This document shows positions 21,457-35,312 of a stretch of DNA of 64,000 nucleotides, piece after piece. Under the pieces are notes generated by a model. It saw only the letters and a program-made list of their open reading frames with translations. It ran no database searches and was not told the origin of the DNA. The DNA comes from Anolis carolinensis (lineage: Eukaryota). Positions within the stretch are counted from its first letter, which is position 1; the number at the start of each line of letters is the position of its first letter. Both the position numbers and the translations under genes were made by a program. The DNA is taken from positions 154,269,036 through 154,333,035 of the forward strand of contig NC_085842.1 in NCBI RefSeq assembly GCF_035594765.1, in the 5' to 3' direction.

Positions 21457-22639
21457 ATTGTACAGCAAAAGGAACTGCCAGTGACATAAATGTCCAAACT
21501 TACATCCATCTCTGCAAGCTGATTTTATCATAATTCCACCACCTGCTTGACCAGCTTCCCAAGGATTAAGGTTTTCCCCATCACCTGGGATGACACTATG
21601 TGCCTGATGAAAGTGAACAAAACACAGGCTAAAATCCTATATAAAATCCTACTCCTTTTATCTCAATGAACTAAGTTTATAATAGATGTGGTCGTATTAT
21701 GGCAGGTCTGTAGGCAAGTTTCTACACAAGGAACTCCCTAGGATACATGCAGACAAAATATCAAAGAACAATAAAAAGAAGTGGCCAGAAATGTAGACCA
21801 GGCTTTGAAAATCTCTTTTTTATATGCCATCAATCAAGGAAGAAGGTAATTCTTCACTAAATTTATTCTCAAAGATAGCAACATGTAATTTCAGCAATTT
21901 TCTTCCCCCTGTGAGAAAGTCTTCAAAAACTATACTGTTTTTGTAGGTTATTTGCAATTTGGAACTTATTCTGTGCAAAATTCACATATGGCTGTTTTAT
22001 GCAGTAAACAGTTGAAGAAAATGTTGAAAATAACATTTCAACTTAGAAACACTGTCTTCTATGCAAATAAGCCATGTTCAAAGTTAATACAAAGAAATCC
22101 CCAATGACATTTTTTTTGTGCCGAAAATAACATTTTTGATTTGAAACATTATTTCCCATATGGAAAATACTATCTCCTTTATATTTTTTACACAAAATAT
22201 ATACATTCAAATTTTGCACAGAATAAATCTTAAACTGTTTATTATTCTCAGTCCAGGATTCTTCTTATCTGGATTACTTGACATTCAAAAACATGTTTTC
22301 AACATTTTTACAAATTTATCGTTTAACATTTTTTCCATCCCTACATCCAAGTAAACAACTCACACCAAAACTGACAGTTGTAAGATTTTAAATAAGAGAT
22401 AGCAAGTGAAAGAGCTACAAAGATAGTAGCAAAGTTTAACTTTAGATTTTAGATATTGGATGTGGGAAGGAACTTCAAGGTCCAACATGCCAATTACAAT
22501 CAGGCAACTGGTATATTGGGTGAAGAGAAGAATAACAAAACAAGTAAACATTGTGCTTGTCCCTCTCTTTTGCAAGATGCGATGGTTTCAGATTAAATCC
22601 CACAGTAGGTTCAGCATGGGGAGGTAATGCCAGAAATAA

Positions 22640-22850
22640 ACTGTAAGATTTTGTAAAGTTCCTCTATGCTTCAGCATTGTGCTTGAGAACGTTGCTTCTA
22701 GTGAGAGTTCAATCTTAATTTTCTGTAGGATCCATTTAACTCTTTTTAGCAATCTATGGAAACCATAGAATCCTTCTCCATCAGCATACTTCCAATGTAT
22801 TGATTTTGTTCCTGTCAGCATTCACAATCACACATAGAAATTGGAAATGT
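22640..22850 (-). mobile_element. Old RTE-clade fragment
   Basis: Minus strand encodes degenerate WKYADGE..R / VKWILQKIKIELSLEA, similar to the RTE C-terminal region. Confidence 0.4.
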
Positions 22851-25511
22851 GTATTCTGGGTTCTTTTATGATCAGGAGATTTACATAAACACTTGACATG
22901 TGGAAGAACAATATAAAAAATAAACATTAATCTAGCTGTATCCATTGGCTAGTGAATAGATGTGTATCTGGTCCAGTAAAAAGTTTGATAAGTTTTGATT
23001 CAGTAATGCCTGAATTTTAATTCTACATAGTACCTAGTATCAGGCATTTTTTTACATGTAAAACAGTAAATTTTTTTAACATCTTGAAACATACCTCCAG
23101 GAGTTTTTTTTCTTAAGATGGTGAGTTTTCAAGCAGCAACTCTCTTACATTTAAACTTATTCTTCAAATATATCCTTGTAAAAAGTTGCTTTGTAAATAT
23201 TACACAATTCATTGGATTTATTTGTTTCTTCCATATTTTAACTGCACATTAATGCCCTACCTGACTTACCAGTGCTGTCCAGTGCTGTTGACCAGCCACC
23301 ATCTTACCTCTTCCTCACTTGCTCTTTCTTTCTCAGTAAGCTGAATGGTGTGCACTTCCCTGGAGGTGGGGAAAAAATCAGTCAGTTATTTCAAACTGGC
23401 ATTGTTTGCTCTGTTTGGCTGGCAAGAGGCAGACCTGAGGGAGAACTTCTTTCTCTGGTCCACCTCTATAGTATTTAAACTGGATCATAAGCTTCCAGAG
23501 TTCAGTTGCCTTTTTGCTTCATTGGTAGGTTTGGTGACAGATGCCCCCTCCTTGTTTGGGGGTCACCTTTTTGGCAGTTGGCATGGGTCTTGTTGACATG
23601 GTGGTGTCTCATAATCTTGGAGTTATGGCCTTACTTCATGATGGTTATGTGGCTGTGCAGTCTGGTGGCAGGTTGAGCTCCTGCGCAGCATCCCCTACAA
23701 CAGTAATGGGGGCAGGTAGAGGTTACACAATCCAGTTATGGCCTCTACCCATCTGTCTGGAGACCATCGGTGCCATTGGTGCAGCATTTGTGATGGCCAA
23801 TGTTGGATTCAAGACCCATGTTTGGCGGCCAACCTTTCTCTACCAACTGTGACCAATAAAACAAGTTGTGGTCTTTGTTATCCCAAATGAAGCTTGTCTT
23901 TGTGGTTTTGTTCATAGGGTGGTGGAAGCAGTCACCCTGCGCATACAACAATAATAGTGGTAAAAGTATTTGTATTATAGTATTTTAAATGTTAAGTAAT
24001 GTACCACTGTTTGGAATAAATAAAAATATTGTAATCATAAACAACTTTGGCTCAGAATGACCTTTTTGACTTCAGGGCTTGTACTTGGATGATGAATGCC
24101 CATTCCCAAACTTCCCACAAAATCCAATATTGGTTTCTATCTTTATTAAACCCATTGAATCAGTAGAACCTACAGGTATTGATTCATCAAATTCTCATTG
24201 ATTCAGTAGGTCAACTATATTTGGAATTTAGAGTTGACCTAATGTTTGAAAATGCTAATGATATTTTTAACTTAGTCAGGGGAAGGAAAAAGAGACATGT
24301 AACCTTGTAAACCTTGCAAACATTGAGTAAGTAATATTTGACAAAGAAAGGAGCAGATACATCAGGCTTAAATATACATACAAAAATAGAGCCAAAGGGC
24401 AGTACCTACAAGACATAAATCAAATAAATCGTATCCGTTTGTATGTTTTTCCTAACACATAAATCTAGCTGCAAGCAGAATAGCATGAATAATGGAGGAA
24501 CAGGGCTCCCACAGTGAATAATCACTCATTGATTCTGGACCAATAACTTACCCTACAGAGATGGACTTTGGCAACACTAAGAAGTTTCAAACTTCAATTA
24601 GGGGTGCTTTCAAGGTATTTGTGGGGAAGAGTGGGGGACTGGATAGTCACTGCATTGGAATATGTAAGAGCAATACCTGAATTTCAAGTGGAACAGAGAA
24701 TTAACATGAACAAATGTTTTACAGGAACATTGGTTGTTTCTTCACTTTTTCTCATTTAATTAATTAATTTATTGAGTTGTTCAACAGTAGAATAGACTGT
24801 CTTTATGAATAGTGGATAGTAGGCTTGTATATTCCGGCTGAATTTTCCATTTCTGCTGGCCGGATATCGGTAGACCACCATATCAGTTTTTGTGCATTGC
24901 CTGAAAACAGGCATGCAGCTGGATGGCATTTTGAGATTGCAGCTGAAAAATATGGCTAGATCTGGTGCATTGATGGAAATGGGGGGGGGGGGGGGGGGCT
25001 CCCCTTCCCATCATTTTAGGCAATGGCATCATTTGTCCTTATGTCCTTCATTAAGACCTGGATTAAAAAGAATCATAGTTAATATACCACTCTTTCTGTG
25101 ATTCTTTCCTTTTAGTCTGTAGAGGAAATCTGGGCTTAATGCTTCCTTAATGCTGTTTCTACTCTAGAGAAGACAGGCACTATAGACGCTGCAGGTGCGC
25201 AAGCTCTCTTCCTGCACACAGATTTCCAAGGCATTTTAAGGAGGCTTCCCAGTACTTCCCAGGGAAGGAAGAGTGATGATCTGGAGCTATCCTACCCTGG
25301 GCTTCCTTTAAAAGCCCTCTTTTTTTCTCTTGATTGTATTGCAGGTCCTGACTGGAATGGTGCCTGCCTCCCCCCCCCCCCCCCATGCCTTTTTGCTTCA
25401 GGTTTAATGCTTCCTTAAAGCTGTTTCTACTTTCTACTCCAGAGCAGACATAATTAGTGGTAGTAGTTCTCTGAGAATGGGGGGTCTTTTTGTTTAGAGG
25501 GAATACTATTG

Positions 25512-25512
<1 letters not shown>

Positions 25513-25557
<45 letters not shown>
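25513..25557. repeat. (ATT)n microsatellite
   Basis: Direct reading. Confidence 0.95.
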
Positions 25558-25559
<2 letters not shown>

Positions 25560-28500
25560 CTTTTAGATGTATTTTCTTAAAGAGAAGAGGGGAAGAGAAA
25601 AAGAAGCCTTTCCAAGCCCCCAAACATGTGTGCGCACCCCACCCACCTGTTCCACACATTAGATATCATCAGATGGTTGATCCTACTAGCTCTGTCCAGT
25701 TCATAACTGAGGCCAAGAGTTTGCTGACAGAAATGTTATCTTTCCAGCTTAGAAAACAGGAATTATTTTCACAGAGATTCTTTACACTGCCAATAAGTAT
25801 AAGTGAAGAAGTCAGGACTAGGTTTGTCCCTCTTGGCTGATGCATGACTGGACCAAGGAAGCAAAATGGCCATATTATTAATGATCAACTCCACAGGTTT
25901 TACTATGCCAGAATATTAGTCATGCAGTTTTCTAAAATCCTTATTTGACTGATGGAGTAGTTTCTCCCACTTTAAACACAGTCACAATTTTATCCTTATG
26001 GTTAAGCTGGCAACATGGGTGTTTTTGCAGTTGGTGTTGGTAAAGCATACTGAGGAGTGGTAGATTACTTTCTACCCATGGAAAAACACATTCCACCAAC
26101 CCCACCAATGCTCCAATTCCAGTCATCTTTTCCAAATGGTACACTCAGTAGGAAATCCTGATGATGTTATAGCTACTTGAGCAGAAAATCTGGCTATTTT
26201 AGTTGGTTTTGCTTTCTTGATATATGACATATTTGAAACTTCAACTTTTCCAGTTTCTGTCTTTTCTGTCCCTCATCTCCCAGTGAGGTCCCCCAGGTGT
26301 TGTATCAATTGCATTAATACCTATCTTAGAGTTTGGGGAAAATGTGCAAACAGGCTGGATAATAAAAGAAAAGGGAGGTGTTTCTCTAGAGTATATTAAA
26401 TGGTGCATTAATGTTGAAAGACAGACCAGTGGGTCTGGAAGGGCATTAAACTAGTCTGCAGACTTGTAGAGATGAATGTGACAGTAGATTTACAGGCAAT
26501 GGTGTTTGGTGGCAAAGTCCCAGCAGTATCCCATAGATTCTGATAAGTGCTGCTAAGTGACTGGAAACTATAATCAAGTTAGTGCTGCTTTTCATGCTTT
26601 TTGCTGAAATGAGTGCCCTCTTGTTTCAGTATTCGGAGATATTTTCCTAAAACAAAGGTTGGTTACTTCTTTGTTTGCACGTGATGACTTATTTAAGTGC
26701 ATGCAATATGTCATTATTAGGTGCCATTGTGCACCTAAACACTTTGACTGTAAAATCATATGTTATTACAGCCACATGACAGTCATTTTGGAAGTTTCTG
26801 GAGAACTGCTCAAATTATCAGATTTAACAGTTGCGTAGATTCTTCTACCAACAGTACCCAATGACTATTTATATGTCTTAAATGTTCTCTGGAGTAATAC
26901 AATGAGAACCAGAAAGGTAGTCAGTCTATTACCTATATAGCTGTTGCAGAATCTAACTATTTGTCTGATGAACCTTCCATATTAAAATTATTAACAAAGA
27001 CACATAATTTCATAATGAAGAAATCTCCTTCAACTCATCTGTGCTACAACTACAATCATAGACTGTCAGGAGCAAAAGAAGATATCCCTTAAGGCTAATA
27101 CGAAGGGTCTCCCTCTTTGTCTTTCTCTCTCTTTCCATCCATCTACCTCCTTCCCTCCCCCTCCCTCTCTGTATCTCCCTTTAACAAGGTAAGTTGCTAT
27201 TTTTAATAGGAAGAAAATGAAATTCAGGTCAGCATCAGGGCAACTCCAGATGAAGTCATAGGTTGAATAGAGCAAAGGGTGAGTTGAAGATTAATTTGAT
27301 TAGGATTACTTAAAATAATATTTGATTTTATGCAGAGTTTAAAAGCAACTATGCCTTTTAGTGGAATCCTGTATCAATGTTACACATACGTGATGGAGTT
27401 CAGGCTATGTTGACAATGACACTATGCTTGGAAATCACATAATGCAGCCAAAATGAATGCCACTTATAATAAGAATCTGCAAAGTGTTACCAGGTTAAGA
27501 AGTAGCCCATCTGATCAATTACAAAACTGAAGGTTATTTGAACTTTAAGGTAACTACTTAGCTATGATCCTCCATTCACTTACCTATCTAAAAATGACTT
27601 ATGGAATGTTGCAGCTTTGTTTTCTTGGGTGAAGTTCTTAAATTTAAATCAAATGGCAAAGTACAAACTAAACAAGGTGTCCATGGGTTACGTATGTTCA
27701 TTCACGTATGTGTTTGTAACTGAAAAGGAAGAAAGTAGAGTGAAAACCATTGGTTTTACGACTTGTATCCTGGATTCTTGCATCTTTCCAACCCTCATGA
27801 AAAAGGGTGTCTTAACAGCCTGAGACACTTCATCAAGGAAACAGTCAATGGTATTGTGCATTTGGTGGCTTTGTTTTACTAAGATATGTGCAAAGAAATA
27901 GGGATCTGAAAAATTGTGATTTTATGCAAATCACAACTAGTACAAATTGATATCGTTTGCACAAAATGTGCCCATTTGGAATGGGGGAGATTGCATAAAC
28001 GTTGCACAAAACTCCTGAAGTATGAAAAATTATAATACAATGTGCAAAAACTCCTGTAATTTCACTTAATGGGGGGGAAATTATGAAAGTTTCAATTCTT
28101 GTATGCAAGAACAATGTAGTTGGAGGGTTACATTTCTCTCTGGGATCATTTCCAACCTGAGGAGTCTAAGACAACTGAAATAAGACCAATGCATCTGAAG
28201 TGTTTGCATGCATGCACCATATATTCTAAAAATGTGATGAAAATGTTTTTGATGAATTTTTCATGTACTAAACATAAATGTCCCAGAAAACAGCAAATGC
28301 CTATCAGAAATAAAATGTTAAAATGATCACCCAACATCATCATCACATTTATTACCTCCCATACACACCAACAACAAGAGGAGAAGCACTACATTTCCCT
28401 CTACATTCACTGGGAGGACATAGAGGAAAGGAAAGGAAAATACTAGCTGCAATCTAAACAATGTAATCAAGTACATGGAATTTGTGATCCTACAGATGTT

Positions 28501-29092
28501 ATTAAATTGGAACTTCCAACAGTCCTGACAAATATAGATGAACTACTAAGGAAAGCTACAGTTCAAACAGGGTCAGCCCTAGCACCAAAGACAGAAATTG
28601 GTGGTTGCCTTAAGCAGCAGGTTTTGGACATTGTGAAAGGCAACATATTCTTGGTTATTTAATTCACTATGATTATGTTTTCATTGCCTAGGTTGAGAAA
28701 GTGAGGTAGTTCTGGAATCTCCCACTATAGGTACAAAATTATTTGATTAGTTTGTGATACTATACTGCCCCTTGCTGGGGGGAGGTGAAAGGGTAGAAGG
28801 GTATTTTCTACTCAGCCTTGGGCAGCAAAATCTCATATTGGAGGACCAAAGATTTCTCATCTTTGCTCATATTTCCATAACCTAGCCCTCTCAATTTGAA
28901 AGCTTCATCTGTTCTTTTTTTTAAAAAAATTTTTATTCAAATTTCAAAGATTACAGTGAGACAGGGGAAATACGGGGGTAGGGGAGGGTAAACTAAGGGA
29001 TTGATGTGGCATGGGAAGCTGGAACTAAGTTGTTACGGGGCAAGAAGAAAGACATGTGGAACAAAAAAAAGAAAGAAAGAAAAAAAAAGAAA

Positions 29093-29147
29093 AGAAGAAG
29101 AAGAAGAAGAAGAAGAAGAAGAAGAAGAAGAAGAAGAAGAAGAAGAA
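29093..29147. repeat. (GAA)n microsatellite inside the L1 3'UTR
   Basis: Direct reading. Confidence 0.95.
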
Positions 29148-29255
29148 AGGGCTTAAGGGGTCGACAATTAGAAAAGGAACCCTGGCCAGGGGAGGGGGGG
29201 GAGGGGAAGTTGACTTCCAATCGGCTAACTTCCATCTTCATTACATTTGATTTCT

Positions 29256-30524
29256 TCATTTCGTCATATCTTGAATATATTCTTCAAGGAGCAACCAATT
29301 TGTCTCTTTCATTGCTCTTCCAGTTGACTTTTTCATCAAGAAGGTCAGCCTGTCCATATTTTTAATGTCCATTAATTTCTCCAGCCACAGTTCTTTCGAA
29401 AGATTTTTCTTCTCCTTCCAATTTCTTGCAATCACAAGTCTGGCCGCGGTAACAGCGTAAGTAAATATTCTTTCCTTACTGTCTTTTTCTTTCTCTGACT
29501 TTATCTTTCTCTCTTCTTTGAAGTTATATAGTCCTAATAGGTAATACTCTGGTTTACATTCAAATTCTAATTTTAAAATCTTTTTACATTCATTGTGGAT
29601 TGTTCTCCAATACTTTTTAATTTCTTTACAATTCCACCACATGTGGAAATATGACCCCACCTGTTTTCTACAATGCCAGCATCTGCTGTCCTTGTCTTTG
29701 TACATATATCCTAATTTTTTGGGTGTTAAATACCATCTATGTATTGTCTTTAGCCAATTTTCCTTTAGATCAGTTGAGTAGCACAATTTAATCTTTTTAT
29801 TCCATATGTCATTCCATTCATCTATGGTTATCGGCCTGCCTATATTTCTAGACCATTTTGTCATTGATTCTTTGACGATTTCCGTTTCTGTGTTCCACTC
29901 TAATAGTTTGTTGTATATTATTGTTATAATTTTTTTCCCTTTTGAGTAAATTGTCCCAGAAGTTAGAGTTAGTGCTAAAACCTATTATTTTGTCTTTTTT
30001 ATAATGCTCAGTTAGTTGATAATATTGTAGCCATGTAATATTCTCATATTCTATTTTAATTTCCTCCCATCCTTTCATAATGGGTGCGACCGCTCCTGTC
30101 TCTGTTTTTTTTTTAATAATTTCAGAGTATGTTGGCCATTTTTGCCAACCAAGTAGTCTACGTTGCGTTGCCTCTAGAGGAGACAGCCAAAGAGGAGTTT
30201 TTTCATAGAGGAATCTTTTATCTTTTGTCCAGGTTGCCATTAAGGCTGATCTAATGAAATGGTTTCCGAATTGTTTATCTATTTTAATTTTATTCTGCCA
30301 TAAATAACCATGCCACCCCCACCTCAGATCATGTCCTTCTAATGTTAAAGTTTTTATCTTCTTCAATCTTACCCAATCTATTACCCAGTCCAAGGCACAT
30401 GCCTCATGATATAGCTGTAAATTGGGGAGGTCAAAACCTCCTCTTTCTTTTGGGGTGGTCATCGTTGCATACTTGATTCTTGGTTTTTTATTATTCCATA
30501 TAAATTTATTTATTACCCGGTTCC
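29256..30524 (-). pseudogene. L1 ORF2 C-terminal fragment, one frameshift near 29935
   Basis: FIWNNKKPRI, GGFDLPNLQLY.EA, then HRWYLTP and the CCHC motif CWHC......FHMWWNC in the next frame. Confidence 0.85.
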
Positions 30525-31231
30525 AAGCTTCATCTGTTCTTTGCTCCTTTCTGACAGACATAAAAGCCAGCCCAATAAACTCTTATGAAGATGTTTGACC
30601 AGACACTAGCCTAAATGAGAACATTTGAAAATACTTCCACAAGAATTTAGAATGCATATCTGGCTTCACCATGCCTACTATTTATGACAGAGCTTTATAT
30701 GATGAGCCAAAATAAACCTAGCCAATTTGGTCTACTGTAAAACCAATGCATTATATTTTCACTTGCTGAAAAATTTGTGGTATTTCTAGTAAAATATGAC
30801 TCAAATCCAGAACTGAACCAATCGAAGGGACATTTGAAATATTGGTCCATTTACTTTTGAAGACCCAGACAAATGAAATATCATTATAACTCTGTAAGGT
30901 GAAAATCTTTATGTAGTCTCATATCTGTAAATGAAAGATTAATTATGCATTGAAATCGACTATGTAAATGTCCTTCAGAGTTCACCTCTGGATTTGGATC
31001 ATTTCAAAATGTGGATTTTGATTGGAATGGAGGCCTCCCCCACTTACTCCTCCTACCGCTGCCTCTTTAACCTATCTACTGCTTGAGTTATCAAAGACAG
31101 GTGGTCACATTAAATATTTGTGCCAACCACTAGTCCAAAAGAGAAGAGATTTCCTGAAAACTGGTCAAACTGTGCATGTTCATAATAGCAACTAGGCCTG
31201 AATTCTGTCATGAGTCATTCATGATATTGTT

Positions 31232-31454
31232 GAGTGCATTTACACTCTAGAATTAATGCAGTTTGATACCACTTTAATTGCCATGGCTCGATGCTATGGA
31301 ATCATGGGAGTTGTAGTTTTACAAGGTCTTTAGTGTTCATTGCCAAAAAGTGTTGGTGGTCTCACCAACCTACAATTCCCATGATTCTATAGCATTGGGT
31401 CATTGCAATTAAAGTGATGTCAAACTTCATTACTTCTACAAGGTAGGTGCATCC
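31232..31454. mobile_element. Palindromic Harbinger-type MITE, degenerate
   Basis: Long imperfect inverted arms (ATGCTATGGAATCATGGGAGTTGTAG / CTACAATTCCCATGATTCTATAGCAT). Confidence 0.6.
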
Positions 31455-34400
31455 TGTTGTATCCCAATAGCATGTTTCAGAAAGGAAGAGTGTAGTAAGA
31501 AATACTAAAAGAAGGGAAATTTGATGTGCTCCTACTGGCGTCTTAACTGATTTCAGAATTGGGGATAATTAAAACAAATTACCTTAGCATGCCCTGTAGA
31601 TATTCTTCACAATAATTCATTTTAATCAAAGTTATTATTGAAAATGTCATGGAATGGTGGTGAATGGAGCTCACCCATCACTGTGAAAAATGGTTTTTCT
31701 TTTCCTATCTGGCAGAGCAAACCAAATGCAAAAGAAGACATTAAAAACATTCCAATATGTTTTAGACATACATGTTTCTGGCTATCAGGCCTGCTGAAAG
31801 GATTGAATTATCCTCCACCAGCTGGTGAAAAAGCACAGTATGCATGCAGGGAAGACTTTTCAGCTTGTGATTTATCTTGTTTTAAAACTACGACAATTAG
31901 TCAACAGCTCTAATGCAAACTACATGCCACAAGAACATGAAGAGACAAAAAGATATTTCTTCCAGGCATATTTTTGGTGACACATGTGGTTTCTTAAGTC
32001 AACAAAGCTCAGCAAAGATGTTTCAGTTGGATAAACATGCAGCACAGGTTTGCAGACATCCAGTAAAGGAAAGCAAAAGGATATAGAAGATTCTAAATGG
32101 GTCTCTTGGGCATTCCTCTTAAGGATGGACTTTGCATGTTGGAGTTTTTCCTCAGACTTGAGGGAATTCAAGTACTAACAACGCCAAGGTTTACCCTTGA
32201 CTGTATGATGACTTGACTCTGAAATAATTCCTTGATCCCAGACTTCCCAAATGGTGGGCCACTCAACGGTAAATGTTTCATGGTTGTGGATATGGGAGGT
32301 TCTCTGAGGTAGTCATCATAATAATAGCCATACGTTTATCATCATAAGGTATCCCATAGGTTCCATTTGCAATACTATGACATCTTCAGCTCTCTAGAGT
32401 CAGTCTAGAAAAACATTTTGTTGGTACCTCCTGCATGGAAAATATGAACAGAAAGATGAGATAAGAAAGTCTTCCCCATCTGTGGACCTTCAGACGATTA
32501 ACAAATTATTTGGTTGTGGGAATGCTTGACTGCGTATAATACAGCCATATAAGAGATAAGATGCCAAAAGGAAAGGCAGGGAGAGAGAAAGTAAGGGCTC
32601 CTACGTAGGACTAAAATCTGTGTCGAGGCAGGTTTAAATAACCCTCTTCAGTGCAGGTGTCAGTCCCCACATACCCACCCAAACCCCAGGATTTCCTGAG
32701 GGTTGGCTATGTGCCATCCTGAGACAAATTGGGATGGCATGCAGCCACCCCCAAGCCTTCAATTAAGCCCTGGAAACTTACTTACAAGGTCTCTGACAGC
32801 CATAACTTATATTGCTGCTTTTCTCCTGGTGCCGGAAAATGTCGTGCAAGGAGATGGGAGGGGTGAGGAGGAAATGAGTGAATGCCACCCCACACCTTTG
32901 GGCTCCAGGAGCCCAAAAGGTGTGAGATGGCAGTGAAGACACACTCCTGGGTAGTCCTGGGACCATCCTCGAGTGAGTCTCCACAAGCCCAATACCCCAT
33001 TAGACCTGGGTCTTTCAGGAAGGCCTGGATCTAATGGGGTGTCTAATTAGTTCAGAGTGAACCAAGCAAACCAAGGAAACCAAGGAAACCTTGGTTTGTT
33101 CCAAATTAATTTGTTTTTACTCGAGGCATTGTTTGGATGCCTCCAGTAAAAAAACCGAGACAGGTGCCTGTTTTTGGGCCTGTCTAGATGGGCCCTGAGA
33201 GTGGACAATCTGTAACCTTGAAAATTTTGCTTCTGTCTTCCTCTCAACTTTCAGCAGAATTGTTCTGAGTGATGGACATTTGAGTTTTGACAGAAGGAAG
33301 ATTTGCCTCTTTCTTTTATAGATTAAAATATGATGCCCTTCTTTGCATTTGAAAGGACCTTAGTTGTTTGCTAACTATTGTTTGTAAGGTATATCTGAAA
33401 ATTATATGTTTAACTGGCACGCCAATGTCGTATACAAAAGAATTTTGTACAGAAAAACTGAATATCACCCTGAACATGCCAAAGTCCTTTGAATGTCAAT
33501 AAATGGGTTATTTGGATCATAACCTGAATAATCATAATATTAAAAGAACTAGAACAATATTTCATATGTTGCTATTATTACCATCTATGGCTATTAGTGC
33601 TTTGATGTAAGCTCACTGTGACAGTGTTCAAAAATCCATGTCTCTAGGGATGCCTTGTGGTTTCTAAGCATGGAGTGTAGTAAATACATATTCTAAGGGA
33701 GCAATCAAAGATGGCTGTATCTTCCAAACAGGTTTTGCTTCCTGAATAAAGTGCAAAACATACTTATTGTACCACTGGCATGCAACCTGATGCATGTCTT
33801 ACTCCAGTATCTCCAAATTCAATACTTTAGGGTATTCAATCAACACAATCATAGGCCTTTCATGATGGACCCCATTGTTAAACACTTCTGCCATACTGAG
33901 AAAATCTGTCACTCTGTAATAGTCTACTCTGAGATTTAGAAATGTAACAAAGGACATAAAGAACAATTTAAAGTATCTGGGCATTTTTAACATCCACAAT
34001 GCTTTGGTAGTCTTGGTTCTAATTTCATTTAAAAATGGGATGGGTGCTCTGAAAAAATGACCAAATGAATCCAAATTAAACATGGGTGGAAGTCTATCTA
34101 ATTAATTGTACTGGCCCAAATGCCAATTTGATCATCCTCAATTTTGTGAAAATATTAGTAGTGTACTTTCTGGCCAACTCAGAATTGCCTCAGTTTTTTT
34201 TAGTAAATCACAAAAAATGTCCAGTGTCAAACTTCCAATATGTCCTCAAAGACCCATGGTTTCCATCATTCCTTAAACTCTATAGTGATCTTAAATAGAT
34301 GAATAAAATTAGTAAGAATATTAGCCATAGCATTTTTTTGTCCTCTTTCCCCCCAGAATTGTGACTTAAGGCAAAGCACAATTCAAAATTGAGTACAGGA

Positions 34401-35312
34401 GTACACCCAAACTGAGAACATATGTCTTCAGGGGAATGTAACCCCATCTAACACAGGCTGAACTCATATCCCTGGATCTGCCATCTCACTGACCTAGAGA
34501 ATCTCTGTTTTAAGTTTCAGATTGTCTGTACTCATCTAGTCCATTCCTGATGACAGACAATGGTTTAGGATCAGGATAGTCTCCTTGAATTGAGGTAAGA
34601 AGTAATAGCATTGGGTGTCATCCAAATATTGCACTCTAAAGCTCTGGGTGACCTCTTCCAGAAGTTTCATGTATGCATTGGATAACTTGGGGGGGGGGGG
34701 GGAACTAAACCCTGAGATTCACCATAGTCCATTATCTCCAGCACCATCTTTGGGTTTGTTGCTCCAGGAAGGAACGATGCCACTGAAAGCCTCCAAGTCC
34801 CATCTTAATAGGGCAGCACAGAAGGATACTATGGCTGATGGTATTGAAAAGCTGCTGAGAGTTCCAGCACAACCAATACACACATTTTTTCCCCATCCAG
34901 TTCCCTGGATAGGTGACCAAAGCTGTTTCTGTTCCATTACAAGGGCTAAAACCAGAATGAGATAGGTCTAATTAGTTCAGAAACACCCGTGAGGCTACTA
35001 CAAGCTCAAAAAACTTGGCCAAAAGCAGTAGATTGGATATTGGTCAATATATATAATTATAGAAAGATTCGGGTGTGGCTTTTTCAACAAAGTCCTCACA
35101 GCTTTGGAATGTTGCCATGTTGTAAGGAGAAATTGATTACGCCCCCCCCCCCAAAGGGGAACTGACCCCCAGGCTGTTCCCCTCTGGCTGCTTGATAGGC
35201 CAGGAAGGCCAAGGGTCTAACATACATATGCTGACTCTCACTTCTCCAAGGATCCTGTCCACAACCTCAGGCGATACAAATTAAAAAGTATCCAATAACA
35301 TGGCACAATCAG

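Larger units (their letters stand above)
28918..30524 (-). mobile_element. 5'-truncated L1-clade LINE with poly(A) tail and 18-bp TSD
   Basis: TSD AAGCTTCATCTGTTCTTT at 28900-28917 and 30525-30542; AATAAA plus A tail on the minus strand; ORF2 C-terminal motifs. Confidence 0.92.

Noticed and set aside
25136-25450. ~40-bp direct repeat pair, and similar paired segments at 50490-50940
   Set aside because: Two degenerate copies only; most likely internal repeats of old unclassified transposons, with no definable ends.
28993-29365. Arg/Lys/Leu-run ORFs (also poly-Tyr/Asn ORFs at 37831-38081 and 49252-49446)
   Set aside because: Translations of microsatellites.
3839-30524. The two minus-strand L1 pieces as halves of one disrupted element
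   Set aside because: Wrong order for a single minus-strand element, and the 28918-30524 piece has its own complete TSD.
32594-33195. Hairpin-containing GC-richer segment, possibly a Harbinger-type element
   Set aside because: Left terminus too degenerate to define TIRs or a TSD with confidence.
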